64,000 nt of DNA from Candidatus Latescibacterota bacterium (GTDB lineage Bacteria > Latescibacterota > UBA2968 > GCA-2709665). Within the stretch, counting starts at the first letter, position 1. Every line of letters starts with the position of its first letter. The notes under the pieces are model-generated. The model made no database searches, was not told the origin of the DNA, and saw nothing but the letters and a program-made list of their open reading frames with translations. Of the stretch, positions 30,398-38,783 are shown piece by piece. Where the stretch lies: contig OZ252100.1 of NCBI GenBank assembly GCA_965248435.1, positions 3,072,001 through 3,136,000 of the forward strand, written 5' to 3'. Made by a program: the position numbers and the translations under genes.

Positions 30398-30813
30398 TGG
30401 CCACCCGGCCGCCAGAAGATAGCACCCTTCAAGCGAAACAGCGACGGCCTGCCCGGGGAAGCGAACACGTCGTCGCCCGTGTGGGTGAACTCAAGCCGGG
30501 AGGTCGGAAGATCGTTACGATCGGGGGCGTCCAGATCGGCATTTTTCACATTTGCGACGCCTACTACGCGCTGCGCAACATCTGTCCGCATCAGTCGGGT
30601 CCAGTCGCTACCGGTAAGGTCGGCGGCGCCATGATTGCGAACGCAGACACGGGTTGGGAGCCCGAGTGGTTTCACGATGGTGAGATCCTCGGCTGCCCCT
30701 GGCATGGGCTCGAGTTTCGCATCACGACCGGGCAGTGCCTCGCCTATCCAAAAGTTCGTCTGCGTCATTATTCCGTCAAGGTCGAGGGCGACGAAATCAA
30801 GGTCGTTCTCTAG
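30397..30813 (+). CDS. Rieske [2Fe-2S] ferredoxin
   Basis: CxH 'CPHQ' and CxxH 'CPWHG'. Confidence 0.93.
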   Translation: MATRPPEDSTLQAKQRRPARGSEHVVARVGELKPGGRKIVTIGGVQIGIFHICDAYYALRNICPHQSGPVATGKVGGAMIANADTGWEPEWFHDGEILGCPWHGLEFRITTGQCLAYPKVRLRHYSVKVEGDEIKVVL

Positions 30814-30819
30814 CGCAAA

Positions 30820-32001
30820 GTGAGGAGGAAGCAGCCAGTGGCAGCATCTGATTCGCAGACAGCGTTTCGACCTGACTACCCGATCATCGACGCTGACGTA
30901 CACATCCACGAAGACCCGAAAGAATTAGCCGGTTTTGCTGAAGGAAACCTACGCCTGGCGTTGGAGGCGCATCAGCTCCCCGAACGCTGGCTGGACGCAC
31001 CTGGCTACTCGCCGCTGACCCTGTTTGAGCCACCCCTCACTGAGGACGTCGGGCAGGAGCCACACGTCATACGCGACGCTGCACAACTGCGGGCAGACCT
31101 TGATCAGAATGGAATCGATGCAGCGATTATCTTCAGCGGTCGGTTGCTGAGCACGGCTTTTGGACAGGACGCTACGTATCCAGTCGCTATTTCAGAGACC
31201 TACAACCGCTATTTGAGGGAGCGATGGCTGGATCCGGCCCGGGGCATCTTTGGGGCGATAATGGTCGCATCCCAAGACCCGAAGGCATCGGCGCACGAAA
31301 TCGAGCGGCATGCGAACGTTGACGGCTTCGCCGCGGTCTATTTGCCCACGGCCGGCGTTTATCCGCTATGGGGTCATCGCCAGTACGATCCAATCTATGC
31401 GGCGGCGGAGGCGGCTGGTCTCCCGGTCGTCCTTCAGGGCTATACGCAGGTTCGCTCGGCCTTTCCCTACCAGCTTGACCAGTTTGATACCGCGCTGGCC
31501 AAGCAGACGATTTCAAAGCCGTTTGGCGCGATGGCGAACCTGACCAGCATCGTCACGACGGGTGTGCTGGCGCGGTTTCCCGATCTGAAGATCGTGTTCA
31601 CCGAGTGCGGGGTCTCGTGGTTGCCGTTTGTCAGCTGGCGTCTCGACCAGCAGTACCGCTGGCTGCGTCACGAAGTGCCTTTCTACGAATCCAAGCCAAG
31701 CGAGTACATCCGCCGGCAAGTATACGTCACCTCTCATGCCCTTGAAGCGCCTGACGACCCTCAAGCGCTTGTTGCCCTTCTGGACGGCATCGGCGCCCAG
31801 GACCGCCTGCTCTTCTCGACCGATTGGCCGCACTACGACGCCGACCGGATCGAGCGTATCCTGAATTTGCCGATACGCGATGACTGGAAACGCAAGATCC
31901 TGAGTGACAACGCGTGCCGGGTCTTCAAGCTCCAGCCACCCGTTCGCCAAATACTGACCAACGAAAGACTCACGTCGAGCAGTCAGGGAGTAGCCTCGTA
32001 A
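30820..32001 (+). CDS. Amidohydrolase_2-fold protein; candidate partner subunit
   Basis: 'DADVHIHE', 'VLQG' (His replaced by Gln), 'FTECG..W', 'STDWPHYDAD'; paralog of 29240..30397. Confidence 0.8.
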   Translation: MRRKQPVAASDSQTAFRPDYPIIDADVHIHEDPKELAGFAEGNLRLALEAHQLPERWLDAPGYSPLTLFEPPLTEDVGQEPHVIRDAAQLRADLDQNGIDAAIIFSGRLLSTAFGQDATYPVAISETYNRYLRERWLDPARGIFGAIMVASQDPKASAHEIERHANVDGFAAVYLPTAGVYPLWGHRQYDPIYAAAEAAGLPVVLQGYTQVRSAFPYQLDQFDTALAKQTISKPFGAMANLTSIVTTGVLARFPDLKIVFTECGVSWLPFVSWRLDQQYRWLRHEVPFYESKPSEYIRRQVYVTSHALEAPDDPQALVALLDGIGAQDRLLFSTDWPHYDADRIERILNLPIRDDWKRKILSDNACRVFKLQPPVRQILTNERLTSSSQGVAS

Positions 32002-32010
32002 GGATGCCAC

Positions 32011-32892
32011 ATGAGTATTGCTGATTCGGTTGGGATTGATGACGACACGTTTGATGCCGTGAAGTACGCGCAGGAGATCGAGGTCCAGGGCTATACGATC
32101 ATACCGGATACGTTGAGTGCGGATCAGGTTCGGGATTCGACAACGGCGATTCTCGAGGTCTACGAGCGTGAACGCGAAGTCGCGCGGAAGGTCGAGGGTC
32201 AGACCGATCACGCCCTGGGCGTTCACCACCTGTTCGCGAAGCATCCGTACTTCGAGGAATTCTACAGGAATCCCAAGGTCACAGCGGTCTGCCGATGCGT
32301 GCTTGGCGAAGATATGGTTGTGACCGAGACCCATGCGCGGTCGATTCTGCCGAGCAGCGGTCGGGAGGCAAGACGTGGCTTTCAAATACACGTGGATCGC
32401 GAGGCGTTCAGCGTCCTGCCTTTCGAGGGCAGCTCACACCATTACCCTATGGCGGTCAACACGGCCTGGTTCCTGGTCGATTTCACCGAGGACAACGGTG
32501 CGACCGTTGTCTGGCCCGGCACGCACAAGTTGAACCAGGTTCCAGACCCGGAAGCGGACCTATCGGATGTGCCACAGGCAAGAGCGGTCGGCCCGGCGGG
32601 GTCGTGCGTCGTCTGGGACGCAGCGCTCTGGCACGCGAGCGGTAGAAACCACAGCGACCACGTCCGCCATTCCATCATTGGGTTTTATCACCGTAGGTGG
32701 ATTCGGGGAACGATCAACGTTGAACACGTAATTCCGCCGCAGGTGCTGGACCGGATGTCGCCGGAGATGCATAGTTTGATCGGACTCTACGACTGGCCGC
32801 CGGAATATTCCGAGGTCAAGAAACTGACGCCCGAGCAGATCGCAAACCTCACCCCGGAAGAAAGAGACATTCTCGGATTTATGATCTACTGA
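32011..32892 (+). CDS. PhyH-family Fe(II)/2OG dioxygenase
   Basis: 'QGYTII', 'IHVDR', 'DFTEDNGATVVWPGTH', 'LWHASGRN..D..R'. Confidence 0.88.
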   Translation: MSIADSVGIDDDTFDAVKYAQEIEVQGYTIIPDTLSADQVRDSTTAILEVYEREREVARKVEGQTDHALGVHHLFAKHPYFEEFYRNPKVTAVCRCVLGEDMVVTETHARSILPSSGREARRGFQIHVDREAFSVLPFEGSSHHYPMAVNTAWFLVDFTEDNGATVVWPGTHKLNQVPDPEADLSDVPQARAVGPAGSCVVWDAALWHASGRNHSDHVRHSIIGFYHRRWIRGTINVEHVIPPQVLDRMSPEMHSLIGLYDWPPEYSEVKKLTPEQIANLTPEERDILGFMIY

Positions 32893-32908
32893 GTAGGGGA
32901 CCTACAAC

Positions 32909-33868
32909 ATGCCGTTCAAGTACAGCCTCAATTGCGACACACTGCCGTGGGTCGGATACAATGTTCTGGAAACGCCGCAAGAGGTTCTTGAGGCCGCCGT
33001 AGAAGCTGGCTATGACGGAATCGACTTGCCTGGCGATCCGACGAGAATGGACGGCCGGCAGTGGCGGAAAATGGTCGAGGAGGTCGGCCTCGACGCGCCG
33101 GAGGTGCTGGCGGCCTGGGGTTATTATCATGCCGGTGAGGAGCGGAACCTGGCGAGTACGGACAGCGATAGCCGGCGAAGGGCCGTGCAGTATGCAAAGG
33201 ACACGGTTGATCTGGCCTCGGATGTGGGGGCGCGGTTCATCGAGATGTGCGCGGCGCAGCCCGCAGTCCCCGAGCTTCCGTTCCCTCGAGAACCCATCCA
33301 AACCCTGCGGCAAAACTTCCGTGAGTCCATCGTGGAAGTTTGCGGGCATGCCAGCGAGCGCGGGATCACCATACTCCTGGAACCTATAAATTGTTACGAG
33401 GGAATCCCAGGTGTGCTCACGACGATTTACGAGGCAATCAATTACATCAACGAGCTGAAACTGGACAACCTGGGCATTCAGCCCGACGTGTTTCATATGA
33501 ACATCGAGGAGGGGTCGATCCCGGATGCCCTGCGGGCGGCCGCCCCGCACATCAGGCATTTTCACCTGAATGAGACGAATCATTGCCGTCACGGAACGGG
33601 ACACGCCGATTACAAGGCGATCTTCAGGATTTTGAAATCGATTGGCTTTGACGGGTATCTGGCCACTTACATGCCCAGGACGACCCAGGAAATACTGCAA
33701 AGTGCGCCGGGAGACGCCTATGGGGCCGACACCGGGCAACCGCTCGATGAAAGTGTCAGGCCGGACCTGCTCCCAATCCTGAGGGGGATCCTCGGCTTTC
33801 TGAAGGAAATAGAAAGCGCGGTTGATTCGTCCAGGGAGATTTACGAAGCGGATGAGTCGAGGTACTAG
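32909..33868 (+). CDS. Sugar-phosphate isomerase/epimerase (xylose-isomerase-like TIM barrel, ketose 3-epimerase/IolO-like)
   Basis: 'LEPINCYE', 'DVFHMNIEE', 'HFHLNE', 'GTGH.DY'. Confidence 0.85.
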   Translation: MPFKYSLNCDTLPWVGYNVLETPQEVLEAAVEAGYDGIDLPGDPTRMDGRQWRKMVEEVGLDAPEVLAAWGYYHAGEERNLASTDSDSRRRAVQYAKDTVDLASDVGARFIEMCAAQPAVPELPFPREPIQTLRQNFRESIVEVCGHASERGITILLEPINCYEGIPGVLTTIYEAINYINELKLDNLGIQPDVFHMNIEEGSIPDALRAAAPHIRHFHLNETNHCRHGTGHADYKAIFRILKSIGFDGYLATYMPRTTQEILQSAPGDAYGADTGQPLDESVRPDLLPILRGILGFLKEIESAVDSSREIYEADESRY

Positions 33869-33952
33869 CCCGGACGAAAGGGTTGACGGGCCCCTGCGTG
33901 TCAGTAAAGTTATTGGGTGAGCCCGTTTTCAGTCAGTACAATGAGGTATACG

Positions 33953-34786
33953 ATGGCAACGGCGGAACTGAGTTCAAGGCTAACCCCGGAAGAGGTCGCG
34001 CACTTTGAAACGTTTGGCTTCATCGTTTTGCGGGGGCTTTTCTCGCCGGAGGAGATAGAAGCGATCGGCCGTGAGTTCAATGAATTGACGGAGGAGGACC
34101 GGCAAGGGCAGCCGTTCAAGGGGGAGAAGCGGCAACAGGTCTACGGCTTCTGTGAGAGGCGGCCGCTGCTGATGCAGATCGTTGACGATGAACGCCTCTA
34201 CGAGCCGCTCGAACAGTTGCTGGGACCAAATTTTATGTTTTGGAGCTCGGTCGGTAACCTTTTTGTCGGGAACAAGAGCTGGCATCCCGATGGATCGCCG
34301 AGGTCTGAGGCAGAGTTTGACTACAATCGGGTCAAGGTTGGGTTCTATCTTGACCCTTTGCGGAAAGATACGGGGTGTTTGTGCGTATTCCCCGGCTCTC
34401 ACAAGAAGCCGTTTCATGACGAAATTATGCCTCAGCTCAATCGGCCGGACCGCAGCGTGAAGCCTTTCGGCGTTGGCGATGCGGATCTGCCGGCCTTCCC
34501 GCTGGAGACCGATCCCGGGGATGTGATACTCTTCAATCAGAATCTCTGGCACGCGTCGTTCGGTGGGGGGATCGGCCGCCGCATGCTGTCACTGAGCTAT
34601 TTCGCCAACCCGACGACGGAGGATCACATCGGCTACCTGCGGTGGAACTACACGAACGCTTTCAAGCATATGAAGGGGTGGTCCCATACCCAGAGGGACC
34701 ACGTGCACGAAGAGGCGTTTCTCAACAGCGATCGGCCGCGCATCAAGCGTATGGTGGCGGAGCTGGTGGAGCTTGGGCTTAAGTAG
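33953..34786 (+). CDS. PhyH-family dioxygenase (array member A1)
   Basis: 'FETFGF', 'WHPDG', 'FPGSH', 'PGDVILF', 'LWHASFGG..RR'; ATG after GAGG. Confidence 0.9.
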   Translation: MATAELSSRLTPEEVAHFETFGFIVLRGLFSPEEIEAIGREFNELTEEDRQGQPFKGEKRQQVYGFCERRPLLMQIVDDERLYEPLEQLLGPNFMFWSSVGNLFVGNKSWHPDGSPRSEAEFDYNRVKVGFYLDPLRKDTGCLCVFPGSHKKPFHDEIMPQLNRPDRSVKPFGVGDADLPAFPLETDPGDVILFNQNLWHASFGGGIGRRMLSLSYFANPTTEDHIGYLRWNYTNAFKHMKGWSHTQRDHVHEEAFLNSDRPRIKRMVAELVELGLK

Positions 34787-34793
34787 AGGACAT

Positions 34794-34880
34794 GGTACTG
34801 GGAAAACAAAACACGGGTACTGGGTACCGGGAAAGTCAAAATCGGGAATCACCGCAGAGACGCAGATGACGCAGAGAAAG
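34794..34880. repeat. Junction repeats (GGTACTG/GGTACCG heptamers, then CGCAGA repeats)
   Basis: GGGTACTGGGTACCGGG and ACCGCAGAGACGCAGATGACGCAGAG between PhyH genes. Confidence 0.5.
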
Positions 34881-34891
34881 GCAGGGAAGTC

Positions 34892-35836
34892 ATGTTGACA
34901 GATCAGCAACTCGCACACTTCAGGACGTTTGGATTCGTGATCCTGAAGGACCTGTTCACTGAGGAGGAATTGGAGACGCTCAACGCCGAATTCGACTACG
35001 CGGGTGAACGAGCTTCGAGCTATGACCCGTTCGACGGCAGCAAACGACACATTTTCAATTTCAGGGGCGAGGACGGACCCCTTTTTGTTTCTCTCACGGA
35101 AGACCCTAGATTTGCGGGCACTGCGGAACAGATCTACGGAGGCAATTTCTTTGCGACGAATTGTGCGGGCGGCATTCGGTTCGTGAACAAAGGGACCAAA
35201 TGGCACCCTGACACCGTTCACAAGGGCCAGCACGGCGTCAAGTTCGGGTTCTACCTCCAGCCGCTGCGCGCCGACAGCGGGGCGCTCAGGGTGATCCCCG
35301 GCTCGCACCTGGACCCCCTGCACAACGACCTGCGTGAAGTGCGGGCGAAGCAGAAGCTTGGAGGTGCGCACCCGGTCAAACAGGCCCTGGGTGGAGTGGA
35401 GAACGTCCCGTCGTACCCCTGTGAGACGGATCCCAGAGATGTCGTGGCCTTCGACCTTCGTCTCTGGCACGCCAGCTGGGGCGGTTTCGAAGACCGCAAG
35501 ATGTGCCAGGTCGTTTTCTACCACACTCCCGAGAACGCCGAAGAGATGGAGGCCACGCGATGGCAGCTCCTCATGAATATGGATCAGGACTATTCGGCGG
35601 CACCGTGGAATGACCCCGACCGGTTTCCGGGAGGCTGGCATTCGAACCCTGAGGGGAACCCCAAGCGGGCACGTTGGCTGAATCAGATGTGTGAGATCCG
35701 GGAGGCTAAGACCGGCCTGAGGGCGGAGATAACCGGCATGGACGCCACGCTCGTTCCGGATCCCGTGCAGGCGACCTACGCGAGCGAGCAGATTGCAGAA
35801 GCGGTGGAGAAAACGCCTATCTATAGAGAGGCATGA
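34892..35836 (+). CDS. PhyH-family dioxygenase (array member B1)
   Basis: 'FRTFGF', 'WHPDT', 'IPGSH', 'LWHASWGG'; 314 aa, tandem paralog of the next gene. Confidence 0.9.
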   Translation: MLTDQQLAHFRTFGFVILKDLFTEEELETLNAEFDYAGERASSYDPFDGSKRHIFNFRGEDGPLFVSLTEDPRFAGTAEQIYGGNFFATNCAGGIRFVNKGTKWHPDTVHKGQHGVKFGFYLQPLRADSGALRVIPGSHLDPLHNDLREVRAKQKLGGAHPVKQALGGVENVPSYPCETDPRDVVAFDLRLWHASWGGFEDRKMCQVVFYHTPENAEEMEATRWQLLMNMDQDYSAAPWNDPDRFPGGWHSNPEGNPKRARWLNQMCEIREAKTGLRAEITGMDATLVPDPVQATYASEQIAEAVEKTPIYREA

Positions 35837-35890
35837 TGAAATGCGGATTACGGAGATTGGCCACACGCGTGCTGAGAAAGAGAGGTTGTC

Positions 35891-36835
35891 ATGTTGACAG
35901 AACAGCAGCTCGCGCACTTCAGGACCTTCGGATTCGTGATATTGAAAGACCTGTTCTCGCAGGAGGAAGTGGAGACCCTCAACGCGGAATTCGACAACGC
36001 GTGTGAACGTGCTTCGAGCTATGACCCGTTCGATGGTAGCAAACGACACATTTTCCGTTTCAGGGGCGAGGACGGGCCCTTCTTTGCCTCCTTGATGGAA
36101 GACTCGAGATTTGCCGGTGCTGCCGAACAGATCTACGGAGACGATGTCTTTGCCGTAAACTGTCCGGGTGGGATTCGTTTCGTGAATAAGGGGACCAAAT
36201 GGCACCCGGACACCGTTCACAAGAGCCAGTACGGAATCAAGTTTGGGTTCTACCTCCAGCCGCTGCGTGCCGACAGCGGTGCCCTGAGGGTGATCCCGGG
36301 CTCGCACCTGGACCCCCTGCACAGTGGCCTGCGCGACGTGCGGGCGAAACAAAAGCTGGGAGGTTCGCACCCGGTCAAGCAGGCTCTGGGTGGGGTGGAG
36401 AACGTTCCCTCCTACCCGTGCGAGACCGACCCCAGAGATGTATTGGCGTTCGACCTCCGTCTCTGGCACGCCAGCTGGGGTGGGTTCGAAGACAGGAAGA
36501 TGTGCGAGGCCGTTTTCTACCATTACCCCGAGAATGCCGAGGAGATGGAGGCAACGCGATGGCAGCTGATCATGAATGCGGACATCGACTATTCGGCTGC
36601 ACCGTGGGATGATCCGGAGCTGTGCCCGGGGGATTGGCACTCGAATCCCGACGGGGACCCCAAGCGGGCTCGTTGGCTGAATCAGATGCGGGAGATCCGG
36701 GAGGCAAAGACCGACCTTCGGGCGGAGATAACGGGTATGGACACCGAGCTCGTTCCGGATCCGGTGCAGGCGACCTACGCGAGCGAGCAGATTGCAGAAG
36801 CGGTGGAGAAAACGCCTATCTATAGAGAGGCATGA
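35891..36835 (+). CDS. PhyH-family dioxygenase (array member B2)
   Basis: Same length and colinear with 34892..35836 at an offset of 999 bp. Confidence 0.9.
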   Translation: MLTEQQLAHFRTFGFVILKDLFSQEEVETLNAEFDNACERASSYDPFDGSKRHIFRFRGEDGPFFASLMEDSRFAGAAEQIYGDDVFAVNCPGGIRFVNKGTKWHPDTVHKSQYGIKFGFYLQPLRADSGALRVIPGSHLDPLHSGLRDVRAKQKLGGSHPVKQALGGVENVPSYPCETDPRDVLAFDLRLWHASWGGFEDRKMCEAVFYHYPENAEEMEATRWQLIMNADIDYSAAPWDDPELCPGDWHSNPDGDPKRARWLNQMREIREAKTDLRAEITGMDTELVPDPVQATYASEQIAEAVEKTPIYREA

Positions 36836-36841
36836 TGAAAT

Positions 36842-36871
36842 GCAGATTGGGGATTTGGGATTGCGGACTGA
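36842..36871. repeat. Heptamer tandem repeat (GATTGGG/GATTGCG family)
   Basis: GCAGATTGGGGATTTGGGATTGCGGACTG just after a stop codon. Confidence 0.7.
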
Positions 36872-36915
36872 GAAGCAGAACCGATGAATCCAAATTTAAG
36901 CAGAGGAGGTAGGAG

Positions 36916-37743
36916 ATGGCTATAGCGAAAGGATCGACAGAGCTGACTTCGGAGCAGGTTACGTATTTCGAGACGTTCGGCTACGTAGTGCTTCGGGAGC
37001 TGTTCTCCGCAGAGGAGATGGCGGGGATCAGTGAGGACTATGACGATGTGTTGACAGAGGACCGCGGGGGGAAGCCGTTCGAGGGGCCGAAGCGACAGCA
37101 GGTGATGGGCATCTGCGACATGCGGCCTCGGTTGTTTCAGCTGATCGATGATGATCGTACCTACGAACCGATCAAACAGCTGCTCGGGGAGAACTTCATC
37201 TTCCTGGGATCGGACGCCAGCCTCTTCGTAGGGAGCAAGAGCTGGCACCCGGATGGGTCCCCCAGGAATCAGGCGGAGTATGATTACATCAGAATCAAGG
37301 TCGCCTTTTATCTGGACTCTCTTGGAAGCGAAACAGGATGCCTGCGGGTGATTCCCGGATCGCACAAGAAGCCGTATCACGACACGATTATGCCCCAGAT
37401 GACGGAAGGAAAGTCGAATCCGTTCGGCGTCTCCATGGAGGCCCTTCCGGCCGTTCCGCTGGAGACCGAACCCGGAGATGTGATCTTCTTCGATCAGAAT
37501 ACGTGGCACGCGTCGGTCGGCGGGGAGACGGGGCGGCGGCAGATGACGCTGAACTTCGCGAATGACCCCACGGCGGAGGCCCACATCGATTACCTGAAAT
37601 GGACCTACAAGGGTGCCTTCGAGCATATGAAGGGGTGGTCCCATACGCAAAGGGATCAGCTTCACGGTGACGTGTTGCTGAACAGCGATCGGCCTCGGAT
37701 CCAGAAGATGATCGCGAAGAAGGTGGAGATGGGTTTGATATAG
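36916..37743 (+). CDS. PhyH-family dioxygenase (array member A2)
   Basis: 'FETFGY', 'WHPDG', 'IPGSH', 'TWHASVGG..RR'; RBS GGAGG. Confidence 0.9.
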   Translation: MAIAKGSTELTSEQVTYFETFGYVVLRELFSAEEMAGISEDYDDVLTEDRGGKPFEGPKRQQVMGICDMRPRLFQLIDDDRTYEPIKQLLGENFIFLGSDASLFVGSKSWHPDGSPRNQAEYDYIRIKVAFYLDSLGSETGCLRVIPGSHKKPYHDTIMPQMTEGKSNPFGVSMEALPAVPLETEPGDVIFFDQNTWHASVGGETGRRQMTLNFANDPTAEAHIDYLKWTYKGAFEHMKGWSHTQRDQLHGDVLLNSDRPRIQKMIAKKVEMGLI

Positions 37744-37756
37744 ACAAGAGCGAGTC

Positions 37757-37790
37757 AATTGCGGAATGCAGATTGGGGATTGCGGATTGA
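37757..37790. repeat. Heptamer tandem repeat (GATTGGG/GATTGCG family)
   Basis: CAATTGCGGAATGCAGATTGGGGATTGCGGATTG just after a stop codon. Confidence 0.7.
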
Positions 37791-37813
37791 CCCATGGACC
37801 AGCGGAGAAGAGC

Positions 37814-38645
37814 ATGACAACGGATGAGCGGACTACCGAGCTGACTCTGGAGCAGGTTACGTATTTCGAGACGTTCGGCTATGTCGTGCTGCAGGGGCTG
37901 TTTTCTCGCGAGGAGATGGCGGGGGTCAGTCAGGCGTATGACGATGTGATGGAGGAGGACCGCGGAGGAAAGCCCTTCGAGGGGCCAAAGCGCCAGCAGG
38001 TGCTGGGGATCTGCAGTATGCGGCCGTCCCTGATGAAGTTGATCGACGATGATCGTATCTATAGCCCGGTGAAGCAGCTTCTGGGACCGAATCTCATCTA
38101 CTTCATTTCTGACGCCACTCTGTTCGTGGGGAGCAAGAGCTGGCACCCCGACGGAGCACCCAGGAGCCAGGCGGAGTTAGACTATATGCGGATCCAAGGT
38201 CGCGTTCTATCTGGACCCCCTACGAAGCCTCACAGGCTGTCTGCGCGTGATTCCTGGCTCCCACAAGCAGCCGTTTCACGACGCGATTATGCCCCAGATG
38301 ACGGATGGAAAAGCGAACCCGTTCGGCGTCTCCATGGAGGGTCTCCCGGCAGTTCCGCTGGAAACAGATCCCGGCGATGTGATTTTCTTCGACCAGAACA
38401 CCTGGCACGCGTCGGTCGGCGGAGAAACCGGTCGGCGGCAGATGACGCTGAACTATTTCGCGGAGCCGACGACCGATGACCACGACGAGTACCTGAAGTG
38501 GATCTGGGGAGAAGGGGTCGTCAATCACATGAAGGCATCGTCGGGTACGCAGCGGGACCAGATCCACGGTGATGCGTTTCTCGGCAGCGAGCGACCTCGG
38601 ATCCGCGAGATGATTGAGAAGAAGGTGGAGCTAGGCTTGAGGTAG
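37814..38645 (+). pseudogene. PhyH-family dioxygenase (array member A3) with a +1 frameshift
   Basis: Colinear with A2; extra C at 38194-38195 (ATC-C-AAG-GTC versus ATC-AAG-GTC). The N-half and C-half lie in different frames with no other lesion seen. Confidence 0.85.
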
Positions 38646-38659
38646 AGGCGGAGTCAGTC

Positions 38660-38733
38660 AATTGCGGATTGGGGATTGTGGATTGAAAAGCTGGATCACG
38701 AAAGGGCACGAAATCCCACGAAAAACACGAAGT
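38660..38733. repeat. GATTG heptamer repeat followed by CACGAA repeats
   Basis: AATTGCGGATTGGGGATTGTGGATTG then CACGAAAGGGCACGAAATCCCACGAAAAACACGAAG. Confidence 0.7.
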
Positions 38734-38783
38734 TTGGGCGAACCTTGTGGTCGCCCAAACAAAAGAAAAGCCGGGTACTGAAC

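Noticed and set aside
34589-36640. 683-aa minus-strand ORF with an internal repeat
   Set aside because: Antisense shadow of the duplicated PhyH genes B1/B2; the repeat only mirrors the duplication and it has no independent motifs.
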